A DNA stretch of 64,000 nt from the human T2T-CHM13v2.0 reference genome, Homo sapiens. Each line of letters starts with the position of its first letter. The stretch's first letter is position 1. The stretch is from assembly GCF_009914755.1 (NCBI RefSeq), contig NC_060932.1; one strand, written 5' to 3'. Shown here one piece after another: positions 44,077-60,290 of this stretch. The position numbers and the translations under genes are program-made. The notes under the pieces were generated by a model that was not told the origin of the DNA, made no database searches, and saw nothing but the letters and a program-made list of their open reading frames with translations.

Positions 44077-45808
44077 TCTGAATACCTTTTATAAAATACA
44101 GCTATGTTCTTGAAAGTCCCCTGCTCAAAAGGCCTTCAATGGCTCCCAGTTGCATGTGAACTGAGCTTGGCTGACAAGGATAATTACCAGGAGATGGTAA
44201 GTTTTTCTACCTCACCCCTCAGAGATTTCAATTCTAATTTAGTGAGGCTGTGATGAGACCAAGAAACTCATATTATTGAAAGCACACTTGAAGATTTTGA
44301 GTATTAACCAGATTTAGACAGTATTCAACTATAGAACATAAAAGTGAGGATGAGGTGTAAGGAAGAACAAGGCTGGGGCATTATAGAAACTGAAAGCCCT
44401 TTGCAAGTCACCCTCACTTCCAGACCCCACCCCAACCTGCTGCTTTCAGGAACCATTCAGGATTAATACATCTCAGTTGAGACCCAGAGATGTATCATTT
44501 GGAAAAGCATTCCTCATTATTTTAATTACTCCTTCCTTCTGCAACCTGGTTAGGCACCATTGCTTTAGTGTATAATTGTTTAATAAAGCTTTATTCCAAA
44601 GCATGTCATTCAAGGTCATCTGTGATTGGCAATGACCTGTCTTCCCAAGTTTATCTTCCACTACTAATCCTCATATATGCCACAGTCCAGCTAAACCCAA
44701 CTAAATTCATTTTCCTGAACGGAGCCTAAATGTTCCAACCTCTTTGTCTTTGTACATTCCTTCCTATAGATTGCCCTTCCGTCCTTACATGGATTTAGAT
44801 TTTTGAGTTTGAAATTCACAGAATTGATGGGGGAGGGGTTAAAGCAAGCCTTTTTAAGAAAATGTATATAAAATTAGGTACAATAGTAATTATATATTTA
44901 GAAGGGATCCATACATGTGAGAAGTTCTAAAGCTTAACTTCATTAACTTTAAATTAAATACATTTTTAATTGTTTTGAAACTGTATGGACCATTCCAGAC
45001 CTAGCTGTAAAGCTCCCTCCCAGCAGGCACTTTATCTGATCCTCCTTAATATATTCCACAATGTGTATTGATTTCTCTTTTCTGGAATTTACCATATCTA
45101 TTCTTGTAGAGTGTTGTAGTCGTGCAGGGTAGTATCATGAAGGATTAACCAATAACACTTTTTCTACAACTCCTTGAACCTTGTGGCTCTTCCCACCAGT
45201 TCAGAAAGCTGATACAATGCACAGTTATAGCTATGAGAAGTGTCCTACAGCATATTACAAAAAATCTGGAAACAATTCTTGGCTTTTTAATTTAGCCATT
45301 CTTATATAACGACTGCCAGAAATAACTTAACTGTACAGAGAAGTGACTACAAACCAGACACATATGCTCCATTCAGTCCAAACTAAATGAATCCCCAACT
45401 TAATCCCCCTTATCAGATTCCATCTCACACTGCTGATAAGACAGGCAATAGAAATGAAATAACACTGATATGGTTAGGCTTTGTGTCCCCACCCAAATCT
45501 CATCTTGAATTATAATTCCCATAATCCCCATGTGTCAAAGGAGAGACCAGGTGGAGGTTAATTTGATCAAGGGGGAGGTTTCCCCGATGCTGCTCTCATA
45601 ATAGTAACTTCTCATGAGATCTGATGGTTTTATAAGTGTTTGGTAATTCCTCCTGCATTCATTATCCCTCCTGCAGCCTTGTGAAGGAGGTGCCTTGTTT
45701 CCCCTTTGCCTTACACCATGATTGTAAGTTTCCTGAGGTCTCTGCAACCATGCTGAACTGTGAGCCAATTATATCTCTTTCCTTTATAAATTACTCAGCC
45801 TCAGGCAG

Positions 45809-48398
<2,590 letters not shown>

Positions 48399-48649
48399 GG
48401 CAGTACTTTACAACAGTGTGAGAATGAATTAATACAAGCACAACTCAAAATCTTACCCCTCCCCCTATTTCAAAACTCATCCTTACCACTAGTCCTCTAC
48501 CATCTGAGCTATTGTTTCTGTCCCCCTGCCAGATCATAAATCTTACCCCTCTCAGGACCTCCAGACTGGCTTTACTTTGTTCTTTGGCTCCAAATATCTG
48601 TCTTATTTCTAAGAAATCTCAGGATTCGAGTCAGTGGAGGAAGCCATAG

Positions 48650-49016
<367 letters not shown>

Positions 49017-49249
49017 TATTTTTTTTTCATCTTTTAAGACCAAGTGAAATGCCACTGTTTCTTCAAAGCTTTTAGGAAATTTATTTACTTATTTTTCTTG
49101 GTTGATTTTTTTCATAGTTTTTATTCCCATTCCATTCCAAGCTCTCCAGATCGTTTTTGCTCTCCTTCCTCAGGGAGGATTAAGTTGCCAGGACCCAAGC
49201 AGTAGTTAGTCAAAAATACTATCTTTCTTGGATTTTAAGGAATTAAGTG

Positions 49250-49530
49250 TTGATCACAAACTCAGATATCTACATGAGCCATGCAAGTAATCAGGGTGAA
49301 GGAGTATCAGTGTACCTTCTAACTGGCAAGCGTACACCTCATTAAAGAACACAACTCCAAACAATGGTGATCACATGGGCATGCCACATTTCCAGATTTT
49401 TGAAAAGAAGGTAAAAATCTGTATTTAATGGCAAATCTCCTGAATTTTAAACAGAAAATCAAATACATGCTGATGAAAAGCAAACCTGTATGCTAACTGA
49501 AGCCCACAATCCACCAGTTTGGAACCTTTT
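49250..49530 (+). mobile_element. MER102-like hAT-Charlie element
   Basis: TCACAAACTCAGATATCTACA...CAGATTTTTGAAAAGAAG..AAATCTCCTGAATTTTAAA...CCAGTTTGGAACCT. Confidence 0.65.
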
Positions 49531-49707
49531 TCCTAAATGCCTACCAGAGAATTATGCTGAAATGATCGGCCATGGCTAGTAGCAATCACAGAGGAAAAAT
49601 TTACCTAAGAGGTAAACTGGGCAGAAAATGTGGATTGATTATATAATAGCTGAGATCTTCATGCCTTTCTCTGGAGTGGTGTGTACCAGGGCCCCTACCC
49701 TTGGCAA

Positions 49708-50182
49708 AATTAATTTTCTATGGCTACCGTAAACATTACAACAATCTTGGTGCTTAAAACAACACAAATTGATTCTCTTATCATTCTGGCAGCCAGAGGT
49801 CTGACAACAGTTTCACTAGGTTAGAGTCAAGGTGTTTGCTGCACAGGTTCTTCCTGGAGTCTCTAGGAGAGAATGTGTTTCCCTGTCTTGTTTAGCTTCT
49901 GGAGCCTGCCTGCACTCCTTTGTTCACGACCCCTCTCTGGAGTCACTCCAAATTCTTTCTTCCATCATCACATCTGCTACTTCCTTCTTTGACTTGCTTA
50001 TCACTCTCCTGTATGTACCCTTGTGATTACGTTGACAGCCCATCTGGATAATAAGGATACTGTCCCCATCTCCAAATCCATAACTTAATCACATCTGCAA
50101 GTTCCCTTTGTCACATTAGGTGACACAGGTTCCAGGGACTGGGATGTGCATCTTTCAAAGGGCCCTTTTTTCAGCTTACCTC
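49708..50182 (-). mobile_element. MaLR solo LTR MLT1C/D
   Basis: CTTAAAACAACACAAATT...TCTAGGAGAGAAT..CTTAATCACATCTGCAA..CAGGTTCCAGGGA. Confidence 0.85.
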
Positions 50183-51839
50183 GAAGCACCAAATTGCTAC
50201 ATAAAGTATTATGTGGGTTTGGACAATGATAGATAATACCTGTTCCCCTTTTACGGGTAGCAAAGGAGCCTATTGAAGTTTTCTGTAACCCTAATGAAAG
50301 AAACTGGCCACCTAATAACAAGTAAGATAGGATTTTCCTTCAGTCCACAGGGAGAAAGGCTGGAGAAGCATTTAACTTAATTTAAAGTGTGACACTTCCT
50401 TGACTTTGTGAAGTAGATACTTATCTACAACAGGAATTCTGACTTCCTCGAAGAGAACTTTCCTCTCCTCTGTATTCATTTGGAACCAACTCCATAGTCT
50501 ACATACTCTACTCTAAAGCTTGCTACATTTACTAAAATTGAGTTTATTTGTGTGTCTGTGTCCTGGACTAAAAGAGTTATTTTTGTGTTAAAAACCATTC
50601 CCCAGGGCCAGGTGTATTACATAAATATTAAATTGTATCAATAAGGAAATAAATAAGTTGCAAGGTAAGAGTATGGAAAAATGCTCTAAACACTGTGTTT
50701 TGATTTTTCGTTTTTATACTTTACTAAAAAAAAAAGTGGAGAGAAAGATTGAAGGGCAAAAAACAGTTATTGAGGAGCCTGTCTTTATTTCACCTTCAAA
50801 ACAACCTTCCAGAAGGGTTATTTGAATTTTTACAGATAAGAAAATTACGTAATTTATCCAAAACTACTTAGGGACTAAGTAGTAAAATTGGATGTAGAGT
50901 AGTTACTGTGTTGTTCTTGACACCGTATTTCTTTGACATTGCATTATTTCTATTTATTTAGAACATCATATTTATGTAGAATTTGTTCATCAGATCTTTT
51001 TTTCTAGTTTCCCATGGATTGGTCAAATTATTGCTCTGTTTGCTGAAAATAGTACATGCTCCTTCTCCCTCCTGCTTTTTTCCTTTCCTCCAACTCCCAC
51101 TGCCCCTTCAGGGATGAGGCACAGTTACTTCCTGGGGCCAAATGGAATCCTGCTGTGCGTGAACACAGGAAAGAAGCTGTGCTTCTTCCTTTCCTCACTC
51201 CCTCCCCTGAATAAATCCTGGCTGCTCTGGGAGTGTTTATTCAGGCGAGCGTTTCCATCCCACAGGGGAGAAAACCAGGCTCATTAAATCCTGAATAGTA
51301 CTTAGTATTGCTTAGATAAATTTTTTAAAAAGAGGATTTGGTTTTGAATATTAGAAAAAAAGTGTATGAACTGGCACATGAAACAATCTCCTCAGGGAAG
51401 TGTTGAAATCCATAAAATTTAAGTTACAAATTTTAGGAAGTATGCCAAACAGGTAGATGCTGACTGAAAAATGAAGTACATCTCTAAATAAGATCCATTC
51501 CCATTTCCAGTGATTTTATAATTCATCCCTTATTTCTGACTTTAAAGTATGTATTTGAGACCTCCACCAGAGATTCTTGTTACAATTGCAAGTTCACCCT
51601 GATTCCCAGCCTGTTTTCTCATGTAAAGACAGCAAGCTTCCTTGCAATGCAGGGATGAGATTGAACTCTCACTGAAATGTTCAATGCATATTGTTATAAT
51701 TACTTCATTTCAAAATAATATGATTTTTGTTATCTTTTAAATAACCAAGATATCAAATATAGTCCACTAGCTGTCACAGAGCTACACTAGTGAAATAAAT
51801 GCACAAAATCACCTTGACAAATCTCAACAATATCCCACC

Positions 51840-52122
51840 TTTTTTTTTTTTTTTTTTTTGCTGAAATGAAGTTGCGTGAACACGGCTCACTGCAGGGTCA
51901 ACTTCCTGGGCTCAAGCGATCTTCCAACCTCAGCCTCCTGAGTATCTGGGACTACAGGCACATATCATCAACCTTGGCAAATTTTTTTTAATTATTATTT
52001 TTTGTAGAGACGGGGTCTCACTATATTGCCCAGGGTGGTCTCTAACTCTTGGGCTCAAATGATCCTCCTACCTCAGCCTCCCAAAGTGCTGGGATTATAG
52101 GCTTTAGCCACTGTGCCTAGTC
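51840..52122 (-). mobile_element. AluJ
   Basis: CCTGGGCTCAAGCGATC, TTTTGTAGAGACGGGGTCTCACTAT. Confidence 0.93.
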
Positions 52123-53371
52123 AATCCTTCACTTTTAACTACTGAAAAGAGTTGGTAGTCAACAGCAATTATTTCAACCAGATTTTGTTCGGATTTCTAA
52201 CCTTTATAAATTCAAATTTCTAAGAAACTTCCCTCCTAGAGTTTTCTTCAAAGTCTATTTTTTTTAAAAAAATTGTAAGAACAAATATGTTTTAGGGGGT
52301 CTTCTTTTTCTTTAATACTTTTTTATTTTGTTTATAGTCTTATATGTATCATTCCATCTGAAGATGATTTACCATAGGTGTAGTCACTCATGATTTTGGA
52401 GTTTTTATTCATCATGTAATTTTTAAGTAGCTTTTAATTCATCTTCATAATACTTGAAGAATTCGCAAACAGGACTTTTCTTCCAGAAAGACTTATGGCC
52501 TAAATGCAATTAAATAGTTAAAAATTAAAGTCTGTGATAAATTTTTTTTATTATGAATGCTATCAATTGCTTAATGTTTAAATGATATGTAGGTTATAAA
52601 TATACAAACAATTCCATGAATATTATTATTATATTATAACCTTATCTGTATTTTTCTGCCTCAAATTATTATTTAATATTTAGAAACGTGCTGGTTCAAA
52701 ATGTTTTAATAAAATATTGAGCTAATAATCCTCATGCAATAATTATATTAATTGTTAATGTTTTTCCCTCTTTTAACTATTTTGAAGTTTCTTCACAACT
52801 ATTTCTATACATAGAGCTAGAATTTTTCATAATCTTGAAATATTAGGTACAATTAACATTCTATATGACTGATAAAATTTTACCATATAAAGCACAAAAG
52901 AAAATTTCACTCCACATTACATCTAGAATGTTAAACACTATTAAAAAGTGAATATTAAGATATTAAAAATTAATGTAAATGGCACACAGTCATCTTAATA
53001 TCAGTGCTACCATGCTTTTAGGTATGTTGTTAGCCTATGCAATCACATTAATATCAATGATGCACAAATTCAAGGTTACCAGGAAAATATTATTGAAGTT
53101 GGCATTTGGTTATTTTTGGCTTTCCAAAAACTGAAATTGCACCTGAAAAGCAGATTTTGACCAGAGAGCAGATAGCAGAATATTGAGGCCAAATCCAAAA
53201 TTGGATGCAGCTGAAGTAATTTTATTAATCAATAAGAAGAGGTAGTCAACACAATGGAAATTCTCATGTATAAAACTACTGAAAAAATGTTAAATGTTAC
53301 TAGTTTGGAATGCAGAATAACAACGTGTTTTACTGGCTTTATAATGGATACAACCTAAGTTTAATGATGTC

Positions 53372-53645
53372 CTTTTGTTTAGAGACAGAGTCTGGCTCTG
53401 TCACCCAAGCTGAAGGCACCATTGTAGCTCACTGCATCCTTGAACTACTGGGCTTAAGTGATCCTTCTGCAGCAGCTTCCCACGTAGCTAAGACTACAGG
53501 CACATGCCACTGTACCTGCTAATTTTTTGTAGATACAGGTTATCACTTTATTGCTCAGCCTGTTCTCAAACTCCTGGCTTGAAGCAATTCTCCTGCTTTG
53601 GCCTCCCAAAGGCTGTGATTACAGGCGTGAGCCACCATGCTCAGC
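53372..53645 (-). mobile_element. AluJ
   Basis: Diverged reverse Alu; TSD TAATGATGTC at 53362 and 53646. Confidence 0.9.
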
Positions 53646-54035
53646 TAATGATGTCACATTTTACTAAGAGTTCAAAAATGCTATTAAAATACAAACTACG
53701 GAAATCAACTGCTCCCATTATTTTGCAGCTTTTTAAAATAATGTTCTTCAAATTCAACCTCACTTCAAGCATTCCAGTGTTCATGTAACAAAACAAGTAA
53801 CAAAAGTTATTAGAAGAAAATAGATTTTCTTACTGAGGAGAAGGAACACTGGTAATTTCAATGCTCAAATATGTGTGTGTTGCCTACATACAGCAGATTC
53901 CCCAGCAATTAAAAATGGCCACTCAAAATGTCAGTAAACCAAGACATCTGTGTTTACGTAGTAAAACAAATTGGACTTCATAAAAGCCATGATAAAAAAA
54001 AAAAGGGTATGTATCATATCTATTGTGAACACAAT

Positions 54036-54257
54036 CCTGATGCCCTGGAGTTGCTTTTACTGACTCACAAAAGCCAATTGTTAAAAATCAGGAATTATGT
54101 GAGAAGCTGTTGAGGCACTGGTGACTTCAAATCAGCCACGGTGGGAATATATATACCATGATAATTGGAAAATCAGAGCTTCTTTTTTTTGTTCTTTTTG
54201 TAGGGTGGTGATGTTCTAGCTTTCCTTTTCTGCAAGCCATTTTACCAGCACACCCTT
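54036..54257 (+). mobile_element. MER63A-like hAT element
   Basis: AGCCAATTGTTAAAAATCAGGAATT...AAATCAGCCACGGTGGGA...CATTTACCAGCACACC. Confidence 0.75.
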
Positions 54258-55151
54258 AACTACAACCCAAGCATTCAATTCAAACATTTAAAAAACTAGG
54301 CATAAACTTGATCTTGGGTCATATTTTCACAATTATATAAAATTCATAGATGCCAATTTATATTTCATTTTTCTTTATTTTTGTATCCACAATTTGTTCT
54401 CTTTGCCCCTCAAAAGAAAATGCTAGTAGCTTTTCTGCTTTTAAGTATGAATTTCATGGGATTTTTCATGCTATAGCAAAGGTGAAAAACAATTTTTGAT
54501 CAAAAGAAAAACATTTTAATGCTCAACACAACAGATGTTCAAAGACAGCTTTGGAGTAAGCATCAGTACCATCTGGATGACCTGCCACCATATGCAGATG
54601 GGAAATTGCTACTTAATAGTTTCTGTGAGAAGGACAGTGTAAAATATTATAGTATTTAAAATTAAATGATGTTTGCATACCCAAAGTTGATATCATTTTC
54701 AGATGTTCTTCAATTCACTGGTTATTATGATTTATTCCAGACATTACTTGAAAGGAAATAAAAGTAAATTTTTTATAATAGATTAAAAGTTTATTAGTTA
54801 CTGAAATTGATCATAAAGCCACATATAATTTTATCTTTTTTTTAAAAAAAGATGTAATGTGTAAGTATATATGTCTAGGACAAACAAAACAAGAAAGACC
54901 CCATCAAGATCTCTAATGAAATGCATTATTTATGTAACTGTTTCATAGTTTTCACAAAAATAACCCCTTGATCTGGGTTCTGAAAGTTGTAAAGAAAAAA
55001 ATAATTATTATAATCGCAGTGAGAAAATTCTCTATTTTAGTGTTCAGTAGTCCCTTTTACCACTTTTTATTTCTTATTTGTTTTTCCATCTAACAAGAAA
55101 TAGATTCTTAATGATGAGGAATAATTTTTAAAATTGGAGGAATCTTACTGA

Positions 55152-55592
<441 letters not shown>

Positions 55593-57099
55593 TAATCTGT
55601 ATGGAGCTCTATCAACTCTTATTCAATAACTATTTGAAAGATAAAGAACAATGAAAAATGGCAAATCTTAATTATTTGCATATGTGATTTATTATTTAAA
55701 TAAAGCTGTTTACAGAAAGTAGTGAATCAATTACATTGTTAGTAGTTTCCAAATGATGATGAGCATTCAAAAACATCCAATCTCTGAACAATTGTTTCTC
55801 TATTAGTGCAAGAAATGACATGTCTGGCAATTTAAAAATGAACTTGACACACTTTGTAATATATAATGTGCTGTCAATATGTATATGTAATATATGTGAT
55901 ATTCAGTGAGTATGCGCGCACATATGTACAAAACAACCATAAAGTCACCATACTTAAGCTCTCTCTTAATTATTAGCATTTGAGAGACGATTCCATATAA
56001 GGGGTCCTCAGGCACCTCCCCTCCCTAATTCTTTACACATAGTAGTCTTTCAATAATCATTTTATGAAAGAAGGAAGCAATGAATAAACAGTGAATGAAA
56101 ACCTATTCAAGGTTTGATTTTTACCATTAAAAACACAACCACACACACAAACTCTGTATTACAAATTTTCCATACTATTTCATGTTTTAAAATGTGTCTC
56201 TAACTCAAAGATAGCATCAATGGCTGCATTCACAAAGCTGAATAACCAAAAAGTAGTCTGTAGAAAAAAATGATTCATTATGTTGTGCTTCGGTACCCTT
56301 ACTTTAAAAAGCATCTTACTCACAATTAGTTCCACTTACAGCCAAGGCAACTAAAATACTATCTCTCAGTGTCCTGGCCTCTATCCATTGTGAGAGAAGA
56401 TAGGTAAACTACTCTTTTGCTGAAAAATGTTATCCTCTATGGGATGAAAGAAATAGTGTTCGAACTCGAACAGTGCTTTCCTGTAAAGCCTGTGAAAACA
56501 CTTTATGTCCTATAGGAACTGAATAAAATCTCCTTTTGAGACCACAGGATATCATTCTGGTGAACTACAGTATCCTTTTCAGTGGATTATACACTATTTA
56601 ACCGCATTCTTCAGATACACAAAGGAAGCTGTCTGAGTAAGAGAATCCTTGTTTTTTCATGAACACATCCAAAGGACTCTTCTCCTCAAACAAGGCTGGA
56701 AGCATTTAGGTTAATCAGTCAGTAGGTCAGTCTGTCAAAGTATTTTTACCTTACGCGAAAGTTGGTGACTATATTCAGATGATAAGAAAAAAAAATCAAA
56801 ATATGCTAACTGATTTAAGGAGATTAAATTAAATTAGAGATGTACAAATTACAGAGACTTTTAAAAATTAGGGATATTTTAGCAGTACTAATCTGCCTAC
56901 GCTATTTCCCTTCTGAAGTCAAAATGCTTGTTCAGACCTCAAAACATTTATAGAGGCTATTTCCCTCTACCTGAGATGCATTTTTATCTGCTGTCTCTCT
57001 GACATTATTTATTCATGCTTCAAACCCTGCCTGGTTCAGATGTCACTCACTCTAATACATCTTCACTGATCAGCCCTTCCCCTCTTAAGGGTTGATTAT

Positions 57100-57770
57100 T
57101 TATTTATTTAAGTATAATAGACTTTCATTTTTTAGAGCAGTTTCAGGTTCATAGCAAAATTGAGTGCAAAGTACAGAAAGTTCCCTTATAATCCTTACCC
57201 TCACACATGCACAACCTCACCTCCCCCACTATTGATTGACATCCAGTACCAGAGGGTACACTTGTTTACACTTGAGAAACCTACATTGACATATCATTAC
57301 CATTCCAAATCCATACTTTCCATTAGGGTTCATTCTTGGTGTTGTACATTCTTTGTATTTTGACAAGTTGTAATAATCAGAATAATGTATCCATCACTAT
57401 AGTATCATACAGAATAGTTTCACTGCCCTAAAACTCCTCTGTGTTCTCTCTATTCGTTCCTCCCTTCCTGCTAACCTCTGCCAACCACTGATCTTTTACT
57501 TTCTCCATAGTTTCTCCTGTTTCAGACTGTCATATAATTGGAATTGTAAAATAGGTAGCCTTTGAGATTGGCTTCTTTTGCTTGATAATATGCATTTAAG
57601 ATTCCTCCATGTCTTTCATGGTCTGATGGCTAAATTATTTTTAGTGCTGAATAGTATTTCATTGTCTACATACACTACAGTGTATTTATCCATGAACTAC
57701 TTGAGGACATCTTGGTTGCTTCCAAATTTTGGCAATTAAAAATAAAGCTGCCACATCCTGTGTGCATTTT
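57100..57770 (-). mobile_element. L1MC (L1MC1/2-like) 3' fragment
   Basis: TAGAGCAGTTTCAGGTTCATAGCAAAATTGAG...ATTAGGGTTCATTCTTGGTGTTGTACATTC...ATAGTTTCACTGCCCTAAAA. Confidence 0.85.
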
Positions 57771-58339
57771 TTGTAGATTATTTTTTGAATCAATATATGT
57801 ATATATAATGAGCTGCTACTTTCGGGCAAGCAGTATAGTACATACTGGAATACATGTGAGTGACATCTGCTATTACATCAGTATGACCTTTGAGAAGATA
57901 ATGAGAAGTATGGAAACTCCACGTAAAAATATCCATAATAATAACAAATCAATGAATACAACAACACTTATAACACTATAGTGTATGTGCCAGACACATT
58001 GCCAAGGGCTTGACATGAACACAATGTTTCATTCAATTACATGACGTTCTGAAAACTCATAACATCTATTCATAGATTTTCAAGAAAAAAGAAGGTTTCA
58101 AACAGAAGAAACAAAATCAACATTGCAAATACCACAGAGAGGTCAAAAAAGAAAATTACTAAAAAAGTTTTATTGAATTTTGTGATTGGAAGTTTATTAG
58201 TAAACCTAAGAAGAATGTTTAGGGGGCTGATAACAAAAGGCTGGCTGCAGCAGGTTTAGGAGTGAAATGACAAGGAGAAATAATATAGAAACGTAACTGT
58301 CACAAGAATCTCGTAATTAAATAATTACAATAAAAACTA

Positions 58340-58610
58340 AGGGCAGTAAACATTGGTTGAATGCTTACTATTTTCCAGAAACTGTTTCTGTGTGTTAGCT
58401 ATTATTCCAACCATTTTACATCTAAAAACTGAATTAACCATCACAACAAAACTATAGATAAATATTATCACTTCCCTCAACTTACAGATGCGAAAACCAC
58501 TGAAAGACAGAGAAGTTGAGAAATTTGCCCTATGAGCACAATTAATCCCACAGAAGCGAGAATATAACCTCTTGACTCAAAAGCCTCATGTCCACTTTGC
58601 TATACCAGTT
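58340..58610 (-). mobile_element. MIR SINE
   Basis: TTGAATGCTTACTAT...TTACAGATGCGAAAAC..AGAGAAGTTGAGAAATTTGCCC...TGACTCAAAAGCC. Confidence 0.65.
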
Positions 58611-59448
58611 GGCTTATCGTAATAAACATCCCGAGGTAAAAATTTCTCATGCTACTCCATGGACATCCTAATAGAGTCAATTTGAACATTATCTTCCAGC
58701 ACGATTACACTGTAATTTTTTCTCACCTTTTCAACATTTCAAGTAAGTGTTTTTGCCTCTTCACCCAACCCCTCAAGAATTTTCCGAAGTAATTCCATTC
58801 TAATTTATTTTAGGCCATTTTTCTGCACCATAGATACACTATGTAATCTAATGATACCACTTTTGCTAGCACTATTATAACATCTAACACCACCACTACT
58901 GAAATTATCCTACAGCGAGGTCCCTTTGCTGTTTTAAAAATAAATATCTTATTAAGAGAATCCAATGGGCCTATTTGAAAGTGAATATCTTCATGAAAGA
59001 GATTATTTTTATTTGAATCATGCTTCGTAAACATTACATTGCATTGTGTTGGGGTCAGCACGGGCTTTGGAATCGGATCTAATCAAAGCTACCACTTTCT
59101 GACTAAGGGATTTCAGATGGGTCTAACCAAATTTAATGATTTTTGTTTCTGTTTTTAAAGATATACCATGTATACTTCATATGGAGAGCTAGAAATATCC
59201 AAAACTGTAAAGCTCTAAGAATAGGATTTGTAGCTTTTTACAGGATTCAATTTATATTAGATGGAATTCTATTAAATGAACTTAAATAAATATTTCTTAT
59301 TTCTGCTTTCTATCTAGAGCACTCATGGACATTGCCTCAATGGATCAACACAACAGCCTAATAAGCTGAGTCTTATTTCCCAGATGAAGAAATTGAAGAT
59401 TATAGGAGTTAAGTGACTTGCTACAATTTGGAAGCTAGTGAGTCCAGG

Positions 59449-60114
59449 TGTTACAGGTATGAGAGGGGCAGGAGAGGGCTCTCCCCTCAGCCCACTACAA
59501 AGTCAGGTGATGGTTCAGCAATTACTGCATTTCCTCTCTAAAAGTGATAAATTGGTAGCCAGTGCCAGGGGAGAGGCCAGTTCCTGATGGTCCACACCTC
59601 CTAACATTAAAGGGTTAATTAAAGGCAGACCCCAGGGAGGAAAAACATTGACAAAAATGGCGAATTATGATCTTTGGGGTACATGCCACTGGAAAAAGGG
59701 AAAAAAGCCTCACATGGCAATATAACGCCACAAACACACTGCATATGCTCACTTCCCAAGGGTAAGGAAAGCGCTGCCTATGCGGGATGCCCAACCTAAG
59801 GGAAGACTCATGGGAAAGAGATGAGCCTATAAAGTCCTAGGACCAAGGCCTCCTTTTTGCTGTCTTCTCGTCTCTCTTGGACCTTCAGGCGCCCCGCTTG
59901 GGTTTGTTCCAAGTGAATTTTCCTTTTTTGCCTGTTCTAAAGCTTTTTAAATAAATTTCCACTCCTGCTCTGAAACTTGCCTTGGTCTCTTTTTCTGCTT
60001 GATGCCCCTCAGTCCAATTATATCTTCTGAGGAGGCAAGGACTGAAGATGCTATGGACCCGCACAGATATGCTGCTGATAACTCGGGGTAATACAGGCTC
60101 TTCCACTGCTAACA
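59449..60114 (+). mobile_element. ERV1 solo LTR9, inserted in a reverse MIR (~59310-60150)
   Basis: TGTTACAGGT..GGGGCAGGAGAGGGCTCTCCCC...CTCTCTAAAAGTGATAAATTGG; TATAAA ~59828; AATAAA; ends CTAACA; perfect TSD CAGG. Confidence 0.85.
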
Positions 60115-60229
60115 CAGGGAACTAGGATCTAACCCTGAATGACTCTTCAAGCAAACAAGGCCAGAGTGAGATTGAAATGTATTGGCGATCTCCGAAAAAC
60201 AAAAGCAAAAACAAAATCTGTCTCTATCC

Positions 60230-60290
60230 GTATATATATTTATATATATATATATACACACATACCTATGTATAGTATATATGTATACAT
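60230..60290. repeat. (TA)n-rich microsatellite
   Basis: TATATA runs. Confidence 0.8.
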
